This document shows positions 43,473 through 53,304 of a DNA stretch of 64,000 nucleotides, piece by piece (positions within the stretch are counted from its first letter, which is position 1; each line of letters begins with the position of its first letter). The translations under genes and the position numbers were made by a program. The notes under the pieces are model-generated. The model was not told the origin of the DNA. It made no database searches and worked only from the letters and a program-made list of their open reading frames with translations. The DNA is from an uncultured delta proteobacterium (GTDB taxonomy: Bacteria > Desulfobacterota > Binatia > UBA9968), in assembly GCA_963771465.1 (NCBI GenBank), contig CAVYTU010000013.1:320001-384000 (forward strand), read 5' to 3'.

Positions 43473-45203
43473 ATGAAAGCGCCGACCGACATACTTCTGC
43501 CGATGACCGGCCGCTTTCGCCTGCGGCCGATTCGCGTCGCCGAATTTTCCTTCTTGATCTTTCTCTTGGTTGTGATGGGTTTGCCGCTGCTGTTTTTGCT
43601 ATCCGGCAGCTTCAATCTTGCCGCGCCGGGCAAGCCGGCGGTCTACGGCTTTGGCAACTGGGTGAGAGCGTTTACCGACAGCGGCACGTTGAGCGCGCTG
43701 TGGATGAGTTTTTTACTCTCCGTCGTGCGGCTCATTCCGGCGATGATTCTTTCGGTGCTGTTCGCCTGGCTGATCGCGCGCACCGACATGCCCGGCGGTA
43801 AATTCATCGAGTCGATCTGCTGGGTTGCTTATTTCGTTCCCGATTTTCCATTGGTTCTCGCGTGGATACTTTTGCTTGATCCGAATTTTGGCTTTCTCAA
43901 TACCATCGGTAAAAACTTGCCCTTTGTCGACGGCGCGCTTTTCAATCCATATAGTTTTTGGGGCATCGTCTGGGTGCACACTTCCACCGGCGGGATTTGG
44001 TTCAAGGTGATGTTGCTGGTGCCGGTGTTTCGCCGCTTGGGCGCGACGTTGGAAGAAGCGGCGCGGGTCGCCGGGGCCAATACGACGACCATGCTCTGGC
44101 GCATCACGTTGCCGGTCTTGGCGCCGATGATTCTAGCGGTGTCGGTGTTGAGCTTTATTCGCGGTCTGCAATCGTTTAACACCGAACTTTTACTCGGTAC
44201 GCCGGCGGGCCTCTACGTTTACTCAACAAAAATTTATGATTTCCTCCACCGCGAGCCGCGCGCTTATGGCGAAGCGACGGCGTTGGGCTCGGTTTTTTTG
44301 TTCGTGCTCGCAATCCTGCTGTTTTTCTACTGGAAGTTTCTCAGTGGCAACAAGAAATTCACCGTCGTGACCGGTCAAGGCTATTCCACGCTGCGCGTCA
44401 AGCTCGGTAAATGGCGCTACGTCGCTTTTGCCAGCTGTCTGCTCTACGTCATTGTCATGATGCTTTTGCCGCTGGCATTTTTGGTGCTCGGCTCGTTCAT
44501 GCGCCGCTACGGCTTTTTCAACATCGCTGCGCCATTTACCGTCAATCACTGGTACAACATGCTGACCGATCCGATCTTTTTGGTCGCCTTGAAAAATAGC
44601 CTGATCATCGCCAGCGTCACCGCCGTCGGTGGCATTATGCTTTATTCCGGGCTCGCCTATTTGCTGGTGTCGCGGCGGACGAAGTTTGCTCCGCTGCTCG
44701 AAAGCCTCTGTTGGATTCCCCATGTGCTGCCGGGGATCTTGCTTAGCCTGAGCGTGCTCTGGTTATTTCTCGCCACGCCGTTGCGCTTTTTTCTCTACGG
44801 CACGGTTTGGGGCATCGCCTTCGCTCTGATCCTCGCCGACAGTCCGGTGACGACACAAGCGTTCAAGGCCGGCTTGCTGCAACTGGGCGGCGACCTGGAA
44901 GAGTCGGCGCGGGTGAGCGGCGCGGGCTGGTTGTACACGTACCGGCGTATTCTTTTGCCACTCCTGGCGCCCATCGCTGCCGCCGTCGGCTTGATGAATT
45001 TCGGCAGCGCCTTGACCAGCATCAGCACTCCCGTGCTACTCTACAGCCACGAATCGCGGCCGCTGGCGATTTTATTGCTCGAATACAGTTTTACCGGCGA
45101 GCTCGAACGGGCCGCGGCGCTCGGTCTGCTGATTACGTTGATCATTGGCACGATGATGCTGATCGGCAGGAAATTTGGCCTGAAACTTTCGGGCAACGAT
45201 TAA
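43473..45203 (+). CDS. ABC transporter permease (FbpB-like, two BPD_transp_1 domains)
   Basis: Two EAA loops (LEEAARVAGA, LEESARVSGA) and multiple TM helices. Confidence 0.94.
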   Translation: MKAPTDILLPMTGRFRLRPIRVAEFSFLIFLLVVMGLPLLFLLSGSFNLAAPGKPAVYGFGNWVRAFTDSGTLSALWMSFLLSVVRLIPAMILSVLFAWLIARTDMPGGKFIESICWVAYFVPDFPLVLAWILLLDPNFGFLNTIGKNLPFVDGALFNPYSFWGIVWVHTSTGGIWFKVMLLVPVFRRLGATLEEAARVAGANTTTMLWRITLPVLAPMILAVSVLSFIRGLQSFNTELLLGTPAGLYVYSTKIYDFLHREPRAYGEATALGSVFLFVLAILLFFYWKFLSGNKKFTVVTGQGYSTLRVKLGKWRYVAFASCLLYVIVMMLLPLAFLVLGSFMRRYGFFNIAAPFTVNHWYNMLTDPIFLVALKNSLIIASVTAVGGIMLYSGLAYLLVSRRTKFAPLLESLCWIPHVLPGILLSLSVLWLFLATPLRFFLYGTVWGIAFALILADSPVTTQAFKAGLLQLGGDLEESARVSGAGWLYTYRRILLPLLAPIAAAVGLMNFGSALTSISTPVLLYSHESRPLAILLLEYSFTGELERAAALGLLITLIIGTMMLIGRKFGLKLSGND

Positions 45204-45257
45204 CATAAAATACAATGAGAACAGTGCGGAGGACAATTCAGATGGAATCGAATACTC

Positions 45258-46340
45258 GTGGCCGTGCTCGTATTGGTGTTGGGAGGATACGACGCCGCGC
45301 GGGCGCAGACCAAGGCGAGCGACAAAGAGTGGGCGGCGATCGTCGAGGCAGCGAAGAAGGAAGGCAAGGTCGTAGTCGCCGGCTCGCCCGATCCGGTGAT
45401 GCGCAACGACGTTATTCCAAAATTCACCGCGCGCTTTGGCATTCCCATCGAGTTCATCGCCGGCCGTTCGAGCCAGATCGTGTCGCGGGTCGAGACCGAA
45501 CGGGCTTCGGGCATCTTCAGCATCGACCTTTATCTCGCCGGGCCCGACACCTCGGCCAACGAGCTTTACAACGGTAAGATGATCGATCCGCTCAGGCCAC
45601 TGCTCGTCATGCCCGAAGTGGTCGACGGTTCGAAGTGGAAGAGCGGCAAAGTATGGTTGGCCGATCCGCAAGAACAATTCGTCGTGCGCGCGTTTAACAG
45701 CATCGCGTCATTGCTGTTTGTCAACACCGATCATGTAAAAACCGATGAGATGCGCCATATCAAGGATCTGCTCAATCCCAAATGGCGCGGCAAGATTTCC
45801 GCCGAAGATCCGACCACCACGGGGGCTGGCGCCAATATGGCCGCGCGGCTTTATAGCCAAATCGGCGAGGAGTTCGTCAAGAATCTCTATATTGAACAAA
45901 AGGTCGTGCCCACTCGCGAGCGGCGCCAAATGTCGGACTGGCTGGCTCGCGGCACCCAGCCGATCTGTCTCAATTGCCGCGAGGACGACGTCCGGCCGTT
46001 GGTCAAAGACGGGTTTAAGATTTTGGAGATCTTCGAGCTAAACGGCATCCCAGGTACGATCAACGGTTCGCCATGGATGCTGACGTTGGCCAACAAGGCG
46101 CCGCACCCAAAAGCGGCGCAGGTGTTCGCCAATTGGATTCTCTCGAAGGAAGGCTTGGAGACTTATGCCAAGGGTTATGGCTCGGCGACTCTACGCGCGG
46201 ATATCGATGAGTCCTATCTCAACCCGGGCAATCTGCCGAAGAAAGGTGTCAAATATTTCGACGATACCGATTGGAAATGGATCGTCGGCGGGCGCCACGA
46301 AAACCGTGAGAAGGCTTGGAAGGTTTTGAAGGCGAAGTAG
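45258..46340 (+). CDS. ABC transporter solute-binding protein (true start possibly 45215 via a +1 frameshift)
   Basis: AAKKEGKVVV, APHPKAAQVFANW; signal peptide lacks an in-frame basic start. Confidence 0.88.
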   Translation: MAVLVLVLGGYDAARAQTKASDKEWAAIVEAAKKEGKVVVAGSPDPVMRNDVIPKFTARFGIPIEFIAGRSSQIVSRVETERASGIFSIDLYLAGPDTSANELYNGKMIDPLRPLLVMPEVVDGSKWKSGKVWLADPQEQFVVRAFNSIASLLFVNTDHVKTDEMRHIKDLLNPKWRGKISAEDPTTTGAGANMAARLYSQIGEEFVKNLYIEQKVVPTRERRQMSDWLARGTQPICLNCREDDVRPLVKDGFKILEIFELNGIPGTINGSPWMLTLANKAPHPKAAQVFANWILSKEGLETYAKGYGSATLRADIDESYLNPGNLPKKGVKYFDDTDWKWIVGGRHENREKAWKVLKAK

Positions 46341-46433
46341 AATAGCAAGTTCGATACGTACCAGCAGTTCAAATCGTTGCGGCAAATTCAGTTGAAAAAA
46401 CTATAGATAAAAAAAAGAAAGGTACGAGACAGC

Positions 46434-47366
46434 ATGGCAAAAAAAATCAAAATTCACTATCGAGCGCCAAGTCATGTGCCACTGTGGAAGGTGATGGAAG
46501 TGGGCGGCTTTCTGGCAAAGCATGGATTGGAGATGGACATGGGATCGCTCGAAGGGCAACGCAAGCAAGCCACCGAGGGTTTGAAAGCCGGCACCCTCGA
46601 CGTAGTGTCGGGCAATCACCACAACTTATACGCCTTCAAAGCGCTGCACGGCGACCCGTATGTCCATATCGCCCAGAGCAACAATTCTTGGCGGGAGAAT
46701 TTTCTGGTGTGCGGCAAGGGAGTTGACGGCTTGAAAGATCTCAAGGGCAAAAAAGTCGCGATGGACGATTATGACGGCCACACGGGATTGAACGTCTGGC
46801 TTTATCTCAGACTCAACGGTCTGGAAGAAGGGCGCGATGTCGAGCTGGTGACCGACCCGGTTAAAGGCACCGAACGCGCCAAAGCGGTGCTGGAAGGCAA
46901 GTACGACGCGACGTTCATCCGCGCCGTCGACCGCCTGCGCGCGCTCAAGTTCGGCGCCAAGATTATCGAAGTAGCGCCCATGGCGATGATCGAAGGGGTG
47001 ACCTTGACGACGACCACGACCTACGTGAAACATCACGAAGAAGAATGCCGCTCGCTGATCATGGCGATGATCGACGGCACGCATTTTTTCAAGACCAACA
47101 AAGCCGACACCGTGAAGATCGTCAAAGAACATTGCTCGGAGCTGCTCAAGATGCGCAGCGACGAGGAATGGGATTGCTTCTACGACAACCAAGTGACGTC
47201 GTTGGAAAGCGTGCCCTATCCATCTCTAGAGGCGATTCAAAACGTCTTTGCCCTGGCGGTCAAGCGCGACCCGGAAATCAAAGAATACAATCCTCTGGCG
47301 CTGTGGGATTTGCACTACGTAAAAGAGCTCGATGACAGCGGCTATGTTCGTAAGCTCTATGCGTAA
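46434..47366 (+). CDS. NMT1/THI5-like solute-binding-fold protein without signal peptide
   Basis: GFLAKHGLE, DLKGKKVA, GLEEGRDVEL, VKELDDSGY; RBS-preceded hydrophilic N-terminus. Confidence 0.8.
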   Translation: MAKKIKIHYRAPSHVPLWKVMEVGGFLAKHGLEMDMGSLEGQRKQATEGLKAGTLDVVSGNHHNLYAFKALHGDPYVHIAQSNNSWRENFLVCGKGVDGLKDLKGKKVAMDDYDGHTGLNVWLYLRLNGLEEGRDVELVTDPVKGTERAKAVLEGKYDATFIRAVDRLRALKFGAKIIEVAPMAMIEGVTLTTTTTYVKHHEEECRSLIMAMIDGTHFFKTNKADTVKIVKEHCSELLKMRSDEEWDCFYDNQVTSLESVPYPSLEAIQNVFALAVKRDPEIKEYNPLALWDLHYVKELDDSGYVRKLYA

Positions 47367-47400
47367 GTGATACATTATTCAAATGTTGCGCGCTAACAAA

Positions 47401-47435
47401 GGGGACGCCGGAGTCATCGATGGGTCCCCGTTTTT
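47401..47435 (+). terminator. Probable intrinsic terminator
   Basis: GGGGAC..GTCCCC stem followed by TTTTT. Confidence 0.5.
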
Positions 47436-47593
47436 GAGTTCGATTCCGAGTGCTGTGTATTCGCTTGTTGGCTCGTTGACAACACCGAACGTGTATATTA
47501 CCGCTATGCCGCCGTTGATGCTTACGCGTCAAGACGGCGTGGTAAACCTTACTCATGCTTAGAGCTGGCTAGTCAAATATTTGGAGGTATGCC

Positions 47594-48718
47594 GTGAAAA
47601 TCAATTTTATCAAACTCTGGGTTACTTCTATCGTTATGCTCGGGCTGCCGATCGCTGTGCTCAGCGCATACGCCGCGTCAGCCAATCCGACGCTGGCAAA
47701 GGCCAAGCAAGAAGCCGAAGCGAAAGGATTCATCTTCGCAGCCAGTCAGGAAGAGATCATCGCCAACGCCAAAAAAGAAGGCAAACTGCGCGTCATGGGC
47801 TCCCTTGACGCCCGAACCTTGAAAGCTCTGAATGAGGCGTTCCGCAAGAAGTATCCATTTATCGATTCAAACGCTCAAGAAATCGCCGGCACGGACAACT
47901 ACATCCGCATGATTCAAGAAATGAAGGCGGGTATGGCTAAGAGTTGGGACGTCAATTACGTCGCCTTCGACATGTATCCCGAGTACGTGCCGTTCCAGAA
48001 AAAGTTCGACATATTGGGCATGGCGCAACAGGGTGTGGTGCGAATCCCACAGAAGATGATCGACCCGGTCAATCGTCACGTGGTAGTCGTAGCCAGTGAC
48101 CTCCAGGCGGTCGCGTTCAATAAGAAGCTATTGCCGGCTGAAAAAATTCCCAATACCTGGGAAGGTTTTCTGCGGGAAGAGTTCAGCGGCAGAAAATTCA
48201 TGCTCGACATTCGCCCCAAGGATGTCGCGTCGCTCATCCCAGTGTGGGGAATGGAAAAAACGGTGGACTTCGCGCGCAAGCTGGCGGCGCAAAAGCCGGT
48301 GTGGATCAGGGGCAACAGTCGAGCGCTGACAATGATTCAGGCGGGCGAATATAGCACGCTTGTCGGTCCCAATCTGGCGACTGCCATGGAGGTCGAGAAA
48401 AAAGATCCGAACATCGGCTACAAAATCATCGAGCCCGTGCCGACCCGGCTCAACGAAGCGCAAAGCGTCCTCGGCGCGGCGAGCAATCCGTACTCAGGTC
48501 TTTTATGGTTGGAGTTTATCTGTTCTCCCGCGGGGCAAGCGATCATAGACCAGTATGAGCCCTATGGCGCATCTTATCTCACCGCCGGCTCGGTCCAGGA
48601 GAAGATTGTGCGTGGATTGAAACTGTCGGTTGTCGACTGGGAGCATATTACCAAGCTCGAAGATTACCAAAAGAAAATCACCGAGGCCTATGGTTTTCCA
48701 CGAGCCGATTCGAAATAG
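47594..48718 (+). CDS. ABC transporter solute-binding protein
   Basis: Signal peptide; shares AKAKQEAEAKG, PFQKKFDILGMA and AYGFPRA with 4021-5130. Confidence 0.85.
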   Translation: MKINFIKLWVTSIVMLGLPIAVLSAYAASANPTLAKAKQEAEAKGFIFAASQEEIIANAKKEGKLRVMGSLDARTLKALNEAFRKKYPFIDSNAQEIAGTDNYIRMIQEMKAGMAKSWDVNYVAFDMYPEYVPFQKKFDILGMAQQGVVRIPQKMIDPVNRHVVVVASDLQAVAFNKKLLPAEKIPNTWEGFLREEFSGRKFMLDIRPKDVASLIPVWGMEKTVDFARKLAAQKPVWIRGNSRALTMIQAGEYSTLVGPNLATAMEVEKKDPNIGYKIIEPVPTRLNEAQSVLGAASNPYSGLLWLEFICSPAGQAIIDQYEPYGASYLTAGSVQEKIVRGLKLSVVDWEHITKLEDYQKKITEAYGFPRADSK

Positions 48719-48957
48719 TTTCCGGCATTGATGCGGCTAAATGTAGGTTGCGATAAAAACGTCGAGTTGTAGATAGTTGCCCCCGATATCCTGGCCATTT
48801 CGCCTCGATGCGGTAAACCCGTTCGTCAAGGTGAGCGCATATATTTCTGTGGCGTAATTTTATTGCCTGGTGCGCCGCGAAAGTAAGTGTGATGCGGTGT
48901 GACGCCTTGTGTGGTGTTTCCGCAATCGGTTGGATTCAAGCTCGAAGCCGATAAATC

Positions 48958-49512
48958 ATGCAGCAACCCGAGTCCAATAAGCCAAGCGTCAGCCGCTTGG
49001 AGTTGTTCCTTACATTCTCGCGGATTACCCTATCGAGTTTTGGCGGCGCGTTATTCTGGGCGCGGCTGGGGCTGGTGGAGCGGCAGCGCTGGCTGAGCGA
49101 GCGCGAGTTTGCCGAGTTGTTAACCCTTGGACAACTCCTGCCTGGGCCCAACGTACTCAACCTGACGGTGCTGGTCGGCTATCGTTTCGCCGGCTGGAGC
49201 GGCGCCGCAGCGGCTGTCTCGGGTTACTTAATTTGGCCGTTTCTCGTCGTCATCGGTATGGGCATGGCATATCAGCACTACGGCGCGTTGCCACAGGTGC
49301 GCCAAGCGCTCGCCGGCATGTCGACCGTTGCCGCGGGTCTATTGCTCGCCACCGTGATCAAGCTGGCGATGGTGTTGCCGCGACGGTGGCGGCCGTGGAT
49401 CTTTGGAGCGTTTGCGTTTGCCGGCATCGGCTTGCTGCGCTGGCCGCTACTATGGGTCATCGGCGCACTCGCGCCTTGCGCAGTCTTCATGGCGTGGCGA
49501 GCGAGGGATTGA
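48958..49512 (+). CDS. chrA: Short-chain chromate transporter subunit 1
   Basis: SFGG, RQRWLSEREF, QLLPGPN. Confidence 0.9.
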   Translation: MQQPESNKPSVSRLELFLTFSRITLSSFGGALFWARLGLVERQRWLSEREFAELLTLGQLLPGPNVLNLTVLVGYRFAGWSGAAAAVSGYLIWPFLVVIGMGMAYQHYGALPQVRQALAGMSTVAAGLLLATVIKLAMVLPRRWRPWIFGAFAFAGIGLLRWPLLWVIGALAPCAVFMAWRARD

Positions 49513-50039
49513 TGGATCGTGTCGATCTCGGCGCACTGTTTCTTCATTTTCTCGCCCTGTGGTGTGTCGCTGTCGGCGGACCGTCGGCGATATTGCCGGA
49601 TATTCACCGTTACGTTGTCGAGGTGAATCACCTATTGACCAACCGGGAATTCGCCGAGATCTACACCTTGGCGCAGGTGGCGCCCGGTCCTAACGTCATG
49701 TATGTGACTTTGATTGGCTGGCACCTGGCCGGCTGGGCCGGCGCTGCCGCGACCACAGTTCCACTACTGGTGCCGGCAACCACGCTGACGTTACTCGTCG
49801 GACATCTCAACGAGCGCTATCCCAACGCGGCGATTTTCCGCGCCGTTCGCAGCGGTCTAATGCCGATCACGATCGGACTGATGTTCGCCAGCGCGACGAT
49901 ACTGATGCGCACGGTGAACCACGACTGGCGCGGCTACTTGATTTCGCTGCTCACTGCCGCCGTGGTGTTGGGCAGGCCATGGAATCCATTGTGGCTGCTC
50001 GGCGCCGGCGCGCTGGCCGGCGTGCTCGGGTTTGTGTGA
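49512..50039 (+). CDS. chrA: Short-chain chromate transporter subunit 2
   Basis: AVGG, AQVAPGPN; TGATG coupling to the previous gene. Confidence 0.9.
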   Translation: MDRVDLGALFLHFLALWCVAVGGPSAILPDIHRYVVEVNHLLTNREFAEIYTLAQVAPGPNVMYVTLIGWHLAGWAGAAATTVPLLVPATTLTLLVGHLNERYPNAAIFRAVRSGLMPITIGLMFASATILMRTVNHDWRGYLISLLTAAVVLGRPWNPLWLLGAGALAGVLGFV

Positions 50040-50156
50040 GTAGAATTGGCGCTGGTACGATTCGAACGGCCGCTGTTTTAACGAGCGGCGAGCCGCGAAT
50101 CAGCCATCCGCCAATCACTTATTACGCTGGAACCGCCACGCAACAAAACTCCAGCG

Positions 50157-50561
50157 CTATTCGGCGATCTCGTCATAGCCTCGCCCGACGAACTGGACGA
50201 AACAGAAACCGTGGCCGAAGGGATCAGCCATAAGCGCTAGCTTGCCCCACTTGTGCATGGCGATGGGTTGCTCTAGGCGCGCGCCGGCAGATGCCGCTCG
50301 CTCAACCGCCGGTTCGATTTCATCGACGACAAAATCAAGATGCGCCGGCGTCCAATGGCGCTGGTAACTTCGAAGCTGCTGAGTTGTATCCGCGGCCGGC
50401 GTGCCAGCTGATTTGACAAGCAGGTAGATTGGCGCCGTGCTCCCGAGCATTTCCACTCCAACGGCTCCAAAGCGACGGCCAACCTTCAATGCAAACGCAG
50501 AACTGTAGAAGCGGATTGCCTTCTCGAGATCGTCAACGTCGAGATTTACCAAGAGATCCAT
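50157..50561 (-). CDS. VOC/glyoxalase family protein
   Basis: VDDLEKAIRFY, HLDFVV, ADPFGHGFC. Confidence 0.9.
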   Translation of the reverse strand: MDLLVNLDVDDLEKAIRFYSSAFALKVGRRFGAVGVEMLGSTAPIYLLVKSAGTPAADTTQQLRSYQRHWTPAHLDFVVDEIEPAVERAASAGARLEQPIAMHKWGKLALMADPFGHGFCFVQFVGRGYDEIAE

Positions 50562-50586
50562 GTCCCATTGTCCGCCGCCGCTGATT

Positions 50587-50934
50587 TCACAACGAGCGTC
50601 CGTCGAAGTGCTGCACCGGGACTTTTTCTAGTTCGATCCCTTCGAGACAGCGAATGTTGATTGCGGCCGTCTGATTTCCCTTGGCATCGGCGCCTTCGCC
50701 GTAGGGGTGAATACCGCAAGTCCGGCAAAAGCGGTGCTTGATGACGTGCTTGTTGAATGTGTATGTGCCGAGGTCGTTTTCCGAGGTGAGCAAGCGGAAC
50801 TGTTCGCGCGGCACAAACCACAAAAGAGATCCCTTGCGGGAACACATCGAGCAATTGCATGCCATCGCGCCATTGAGTTCGCCTTCTACCTCGAACGATA
50901 TTTTGCCGCAGTGGCAGCTTCCTTGGTATTTCAT
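50587..50934 (-). CDS. GFA (glutathione-dependent formaldehyde-activating) family protein
   Basis: GSCHCG, CNCSMC, FCRTCGI, FDGRSL. Confidence 0.92.
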   Translation of the reverse strand: MKYQGSCHCGKISFEVEGELNGAMACNCSMCSRKGSLLWFVPREQFRLLTSENDLGTYTFNKHVIKHRFCRTCGIHPYGEGADAKGNQTAAINIRCLEGIELEKVPVQHFDGRSL

Positions 50935-51053
50935 GGGTGCTCTCCTTAAGCGTCGTTGGCGGATTGCGGAAAGCTTTTCGAAAACATCTTTCCTGCGAAT
51001 CAAATTCTGCTTGGCATCGGCGCCAAGGTCAAGACTCTAGTGACTGCGTCGGT

Positions 51054-51425
51054 CTAAACGCGAGACGATGTTGGTGTCAGGCGCCAGCGGCCGTAGGCGA
51101 CGAACGCGCAAAGGATTCCCGTCACAAACGGCATCAGCGCCATTACGATCCCCGCTGTCATTATCGTAATCACGGTGGCGCCGATCATGATGATCAGCAG
51201 ACCGGCGGCGGCGAGCGGCGTCAGGCCGGGTCGAATGCGCAAAAGCCAAGGTAGGATCAGACCGATGGCGCCGAGCACCTCGGCGACGCCGAGGAAGCGC
51301 AGGAACAAACCCGGCAGTGGGAAGTCCTTTGTCATCTCCTCGATGGGCAGGATCAGTTTCGTGCCGCCGGCGAACAAGAAGAGCGCAGCGAGCAATCCTT
51401 GGATAATCCAGAGCGCAACGTTCAT
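51054..51425 (-). CDS. DoxX family membrane protein
   Basis: LWIIQGLLA..F..AG..K, G.AEVLGAIGLILP. Confidence 0.88.
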   Translation of the reverse strand: MNVALWIIQGLLAALFLFAGGTKLILPIEEMTKDFPLPGLFLRFLGVAEVLGAIGLILPWLLRIRPGLTPLAAAGLLIIMIGATVITIMTAGIVMALMPFVTGILCAFVAYGRWRLTPTSSRV

Positions 51426-51554
51426 GGTCGGTGTCCTCCTAGATGATTCGCCGCGTTGCCGCGCGACGGACAGTGTTGTTTGTTGTCATTTGTTTTCCCG
51501 CGTCAACCATTCGTCGTATTAATTTCAGCCGCTGTTGATTGAACCAGCGCCGCG

Positions 51555-52094
51555 CTATCGCTTGGCTGGCGCTTCCACCAGCGATTTTATTTGCGTCAGA
51601 CCCTTCTCGAATTGGCCGCCGATCATTTTATCCATGTTGATGAACAGGTGAATCGCCTTGGCCATGAAATTGTTTTCGCCGGTCATACTCCATGTCACGG
51701 CAGTTTGATTGCCCTCCGGCTTGAAAGTGAACTCGGCGATACTGTTGCCTGCGAAGGGTTTGAAGAATTCCATTTTGATCCGGATCAGATCGTTCGGCCG
51801 GCTCTCAATTATTGTCATGCGTCCTTCGCCAACTTCTTTATTGCCGACCCATGTGTAAACGGCGCCGATTCCGGCCGGTGTGCCTTGGTAGCTATGCTTC
51901 ATCGCCGGATCGATTTTGCCCCAGGGATTCCATGCTTCCCATTTGTGGAAATCGTTCACCTGGGCAAATACCGCCTGCGCAGGGGCGGAGATGGTGGCGC
52001 TGCGCGCGACGCGATATTGCGCCGGCTGCATGGCCACGATGATGAGAAAGACAACTATGATAACGGCGAGAGCGATGAGAATTATTTCAAGCAT
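51555..52094 (-). CDS. SRPBCC/polyketide cyclase family protein, membrane-anchored
   Basis: TM helix, RSATISAP, WEAWNPW, GNKEVGEG, FEKGL. Confidence 0.88.
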   Translation of the reverse strand: MLEIILIALAVIIVVFLIIVAMQPAQYRVARSATISAPAQAVFAQVNDFHKWEAWNPWGKIDPAMKHSYQGTPAGIGAVYTWVGNKEVGEGRMTIIESRPNDLIRIKMEFFKPFAGNSIAEFTFKPEGNQTAVTWSMTGENNFMAKAIHLFINMDKMIGGQFEKGLTQIKSLVEAPAKR

Positions 52095-52173
52095 GATATT
52101 TTGTTCTCGAGTGCCTGACCGTGCCACCCTAAAATAGGGTGGAAGACAAGCCGCCCGCTGCTGCCCCTTTCCT

Positions 52174-52578
52174 CTATCGTGTCTGATTGTGGCGCGTGGT
52201 TTTGGCAAGCTTGCCATCGGCGTTGAAAGTACGCCATGCGCCAACCCGCTTGTCGTTGCGGTATTCGCCCTCGTCATAAAGCGCGCCGTTGGGATGGTAT
52301 CTTTTCCACACACCGGCTTTCTTTTCATCATCAAACGAACCGGTCTGCATCAATTGCCCATTCTCGCGATACCATTTCCATTCGCCCGTCATTTTGCCAT
52401 TGGCATATTCGCCAATGGCTTTAAGTGATCCGTTACGCAGATAATATTTCCACTCGCCGGTCTTCTCGCCGTTGTGAAACTCGCCGACGCACGACAGGGC
52501 GCCGTCTTTGAAGAATTCTTTAAATATGCCGTTCTTGAGCCGGCCCCCAGTGTCGAATTTGCTCTTGTCCAACTTCAT
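52174..52578 (-). CDS. MORN-variant repeat protein (YwqK-like)
   Basis: Repeated GEWKYY..NG.L...G.Y units. Confidence 0.85.
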   Translation of the reverse strand: MKLDKSKFDTGGRLKNGIFKEFFKDGALSCVGEFHNGEKTGEWKYYLRNGSLKAIGEYANGKMTGEWKWYRENGQLMQTGSFDDEKKAGVWKRYHPNGALYDEGEYRNDKRVGAWRTFNADGKLAKTTRHNQTR

Positions 52579-52595
52579 CGGGCATCAGTGCGTTC

Positions 52596-52955
52596 TTAGC
52601 CCTCGACCATGACTTTGAAGCCGCCCCAAAACATGCGCTTGCCGTCGAATGGCAAAGCCTTGGGGTCCATCATACTTTTCAAGCGCGGGTCTTTCATGAC
52701 CTTGGCGTTGACCCGGTCGCGATGAGCGCGCGACTTGTAGACGATGTAGGCGAACACCACCGTCTCTCCGGGCTTGAGCTTGACGCTTTGCGGAAACGAC
52801 GTGTGCTTGCCCGGCTGCACGTCGTCGGCGACGCACTCGAAGTACTCGATCGCGCCGTGTTCACGCCAGACTTTTCCCGCCTTCTGCGCCATGCGTCGGT
52901 AGGCTGCTACCTTCTTCTTTGGAACCGGTACGACAAATCCGTCTACATATCGCAT
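52596..52955 (-). CDS. DUF1428 (YbaA-like) protein
   Basis: YVDGFVVPVP, EHGA, TSFP, PFDGKRMFWGGF. Confidence 0.92.
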   Translation of the reverse strand: MRYVDGFVVPVPKKKVAAYRRMAQKAGKVWREHGAIEYFECVADDVQPGKHTSFPQSVKLKPGETVVFAYIVYKSRAHRDRVNAKVMKDPRLKSMMDPKALPFDGKRMFWGGFKVMVEG

Positions 52956-53007
52956 GAATCCTCCATTTGATTAGTTTGATTCCCAAAAATTATCGATACA
53001 AAATCAC

Positions 53008-53304
53008 CTAGCCGCCGGCGATAGCTCCGATAATCATAAAAGGCTCCGTGCCCTTGGCGACGGCATCGGGCAGCGGCGCGTCCGGTGTTTCGTGAGATAG
53101 ATCCTCGCCGCAGGCAAAGAAGCGCACAAAGGCTCGGCGCCGTTGCGTGACGTGGTCGCGAATCGTGCCGCGCAACATCGGATAGCGCGCTTCGAGCGCG
53201 TCGAGCACCGTGCGCTGCGTAACCGGACCCGCGACGTCAAGTTTCACCTCGCCGTCAATTTGCGCCAGCTTGCGCAAATGCGGCGGTAGCGTGACTCGGA
53301 TCAT
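53008..53304 (-). CDS. MoaD/ThiS family ubiquitin-like protein
   Basis: [28 protein letters not shown]-terminus; overlaps the stop of the BNR gene. Confidence 0.9.
   Translation of the reverse strand: MIRVTLPPHLRKLAQIDGEVKLDVAGPVTQRTVLDALEARYPMLRGTIRDHVTQRRRAFVRFFACGEDLSHETPDAPLPDAVAKGTEPFMIIGAIAGG

Noticed and set aside
48886-48915. GTGTGA direct repeats upstream of the chromate transporter genes
   Set aside because: Short and degenerate, no regulator nearby; cannot support an operator call.
52174-52578. Toxin-antitoxin system from the YwqK-like repeat protein
   Set aside because: No adjacent toxin gene; MORN-variant repeats alone are not evidence.
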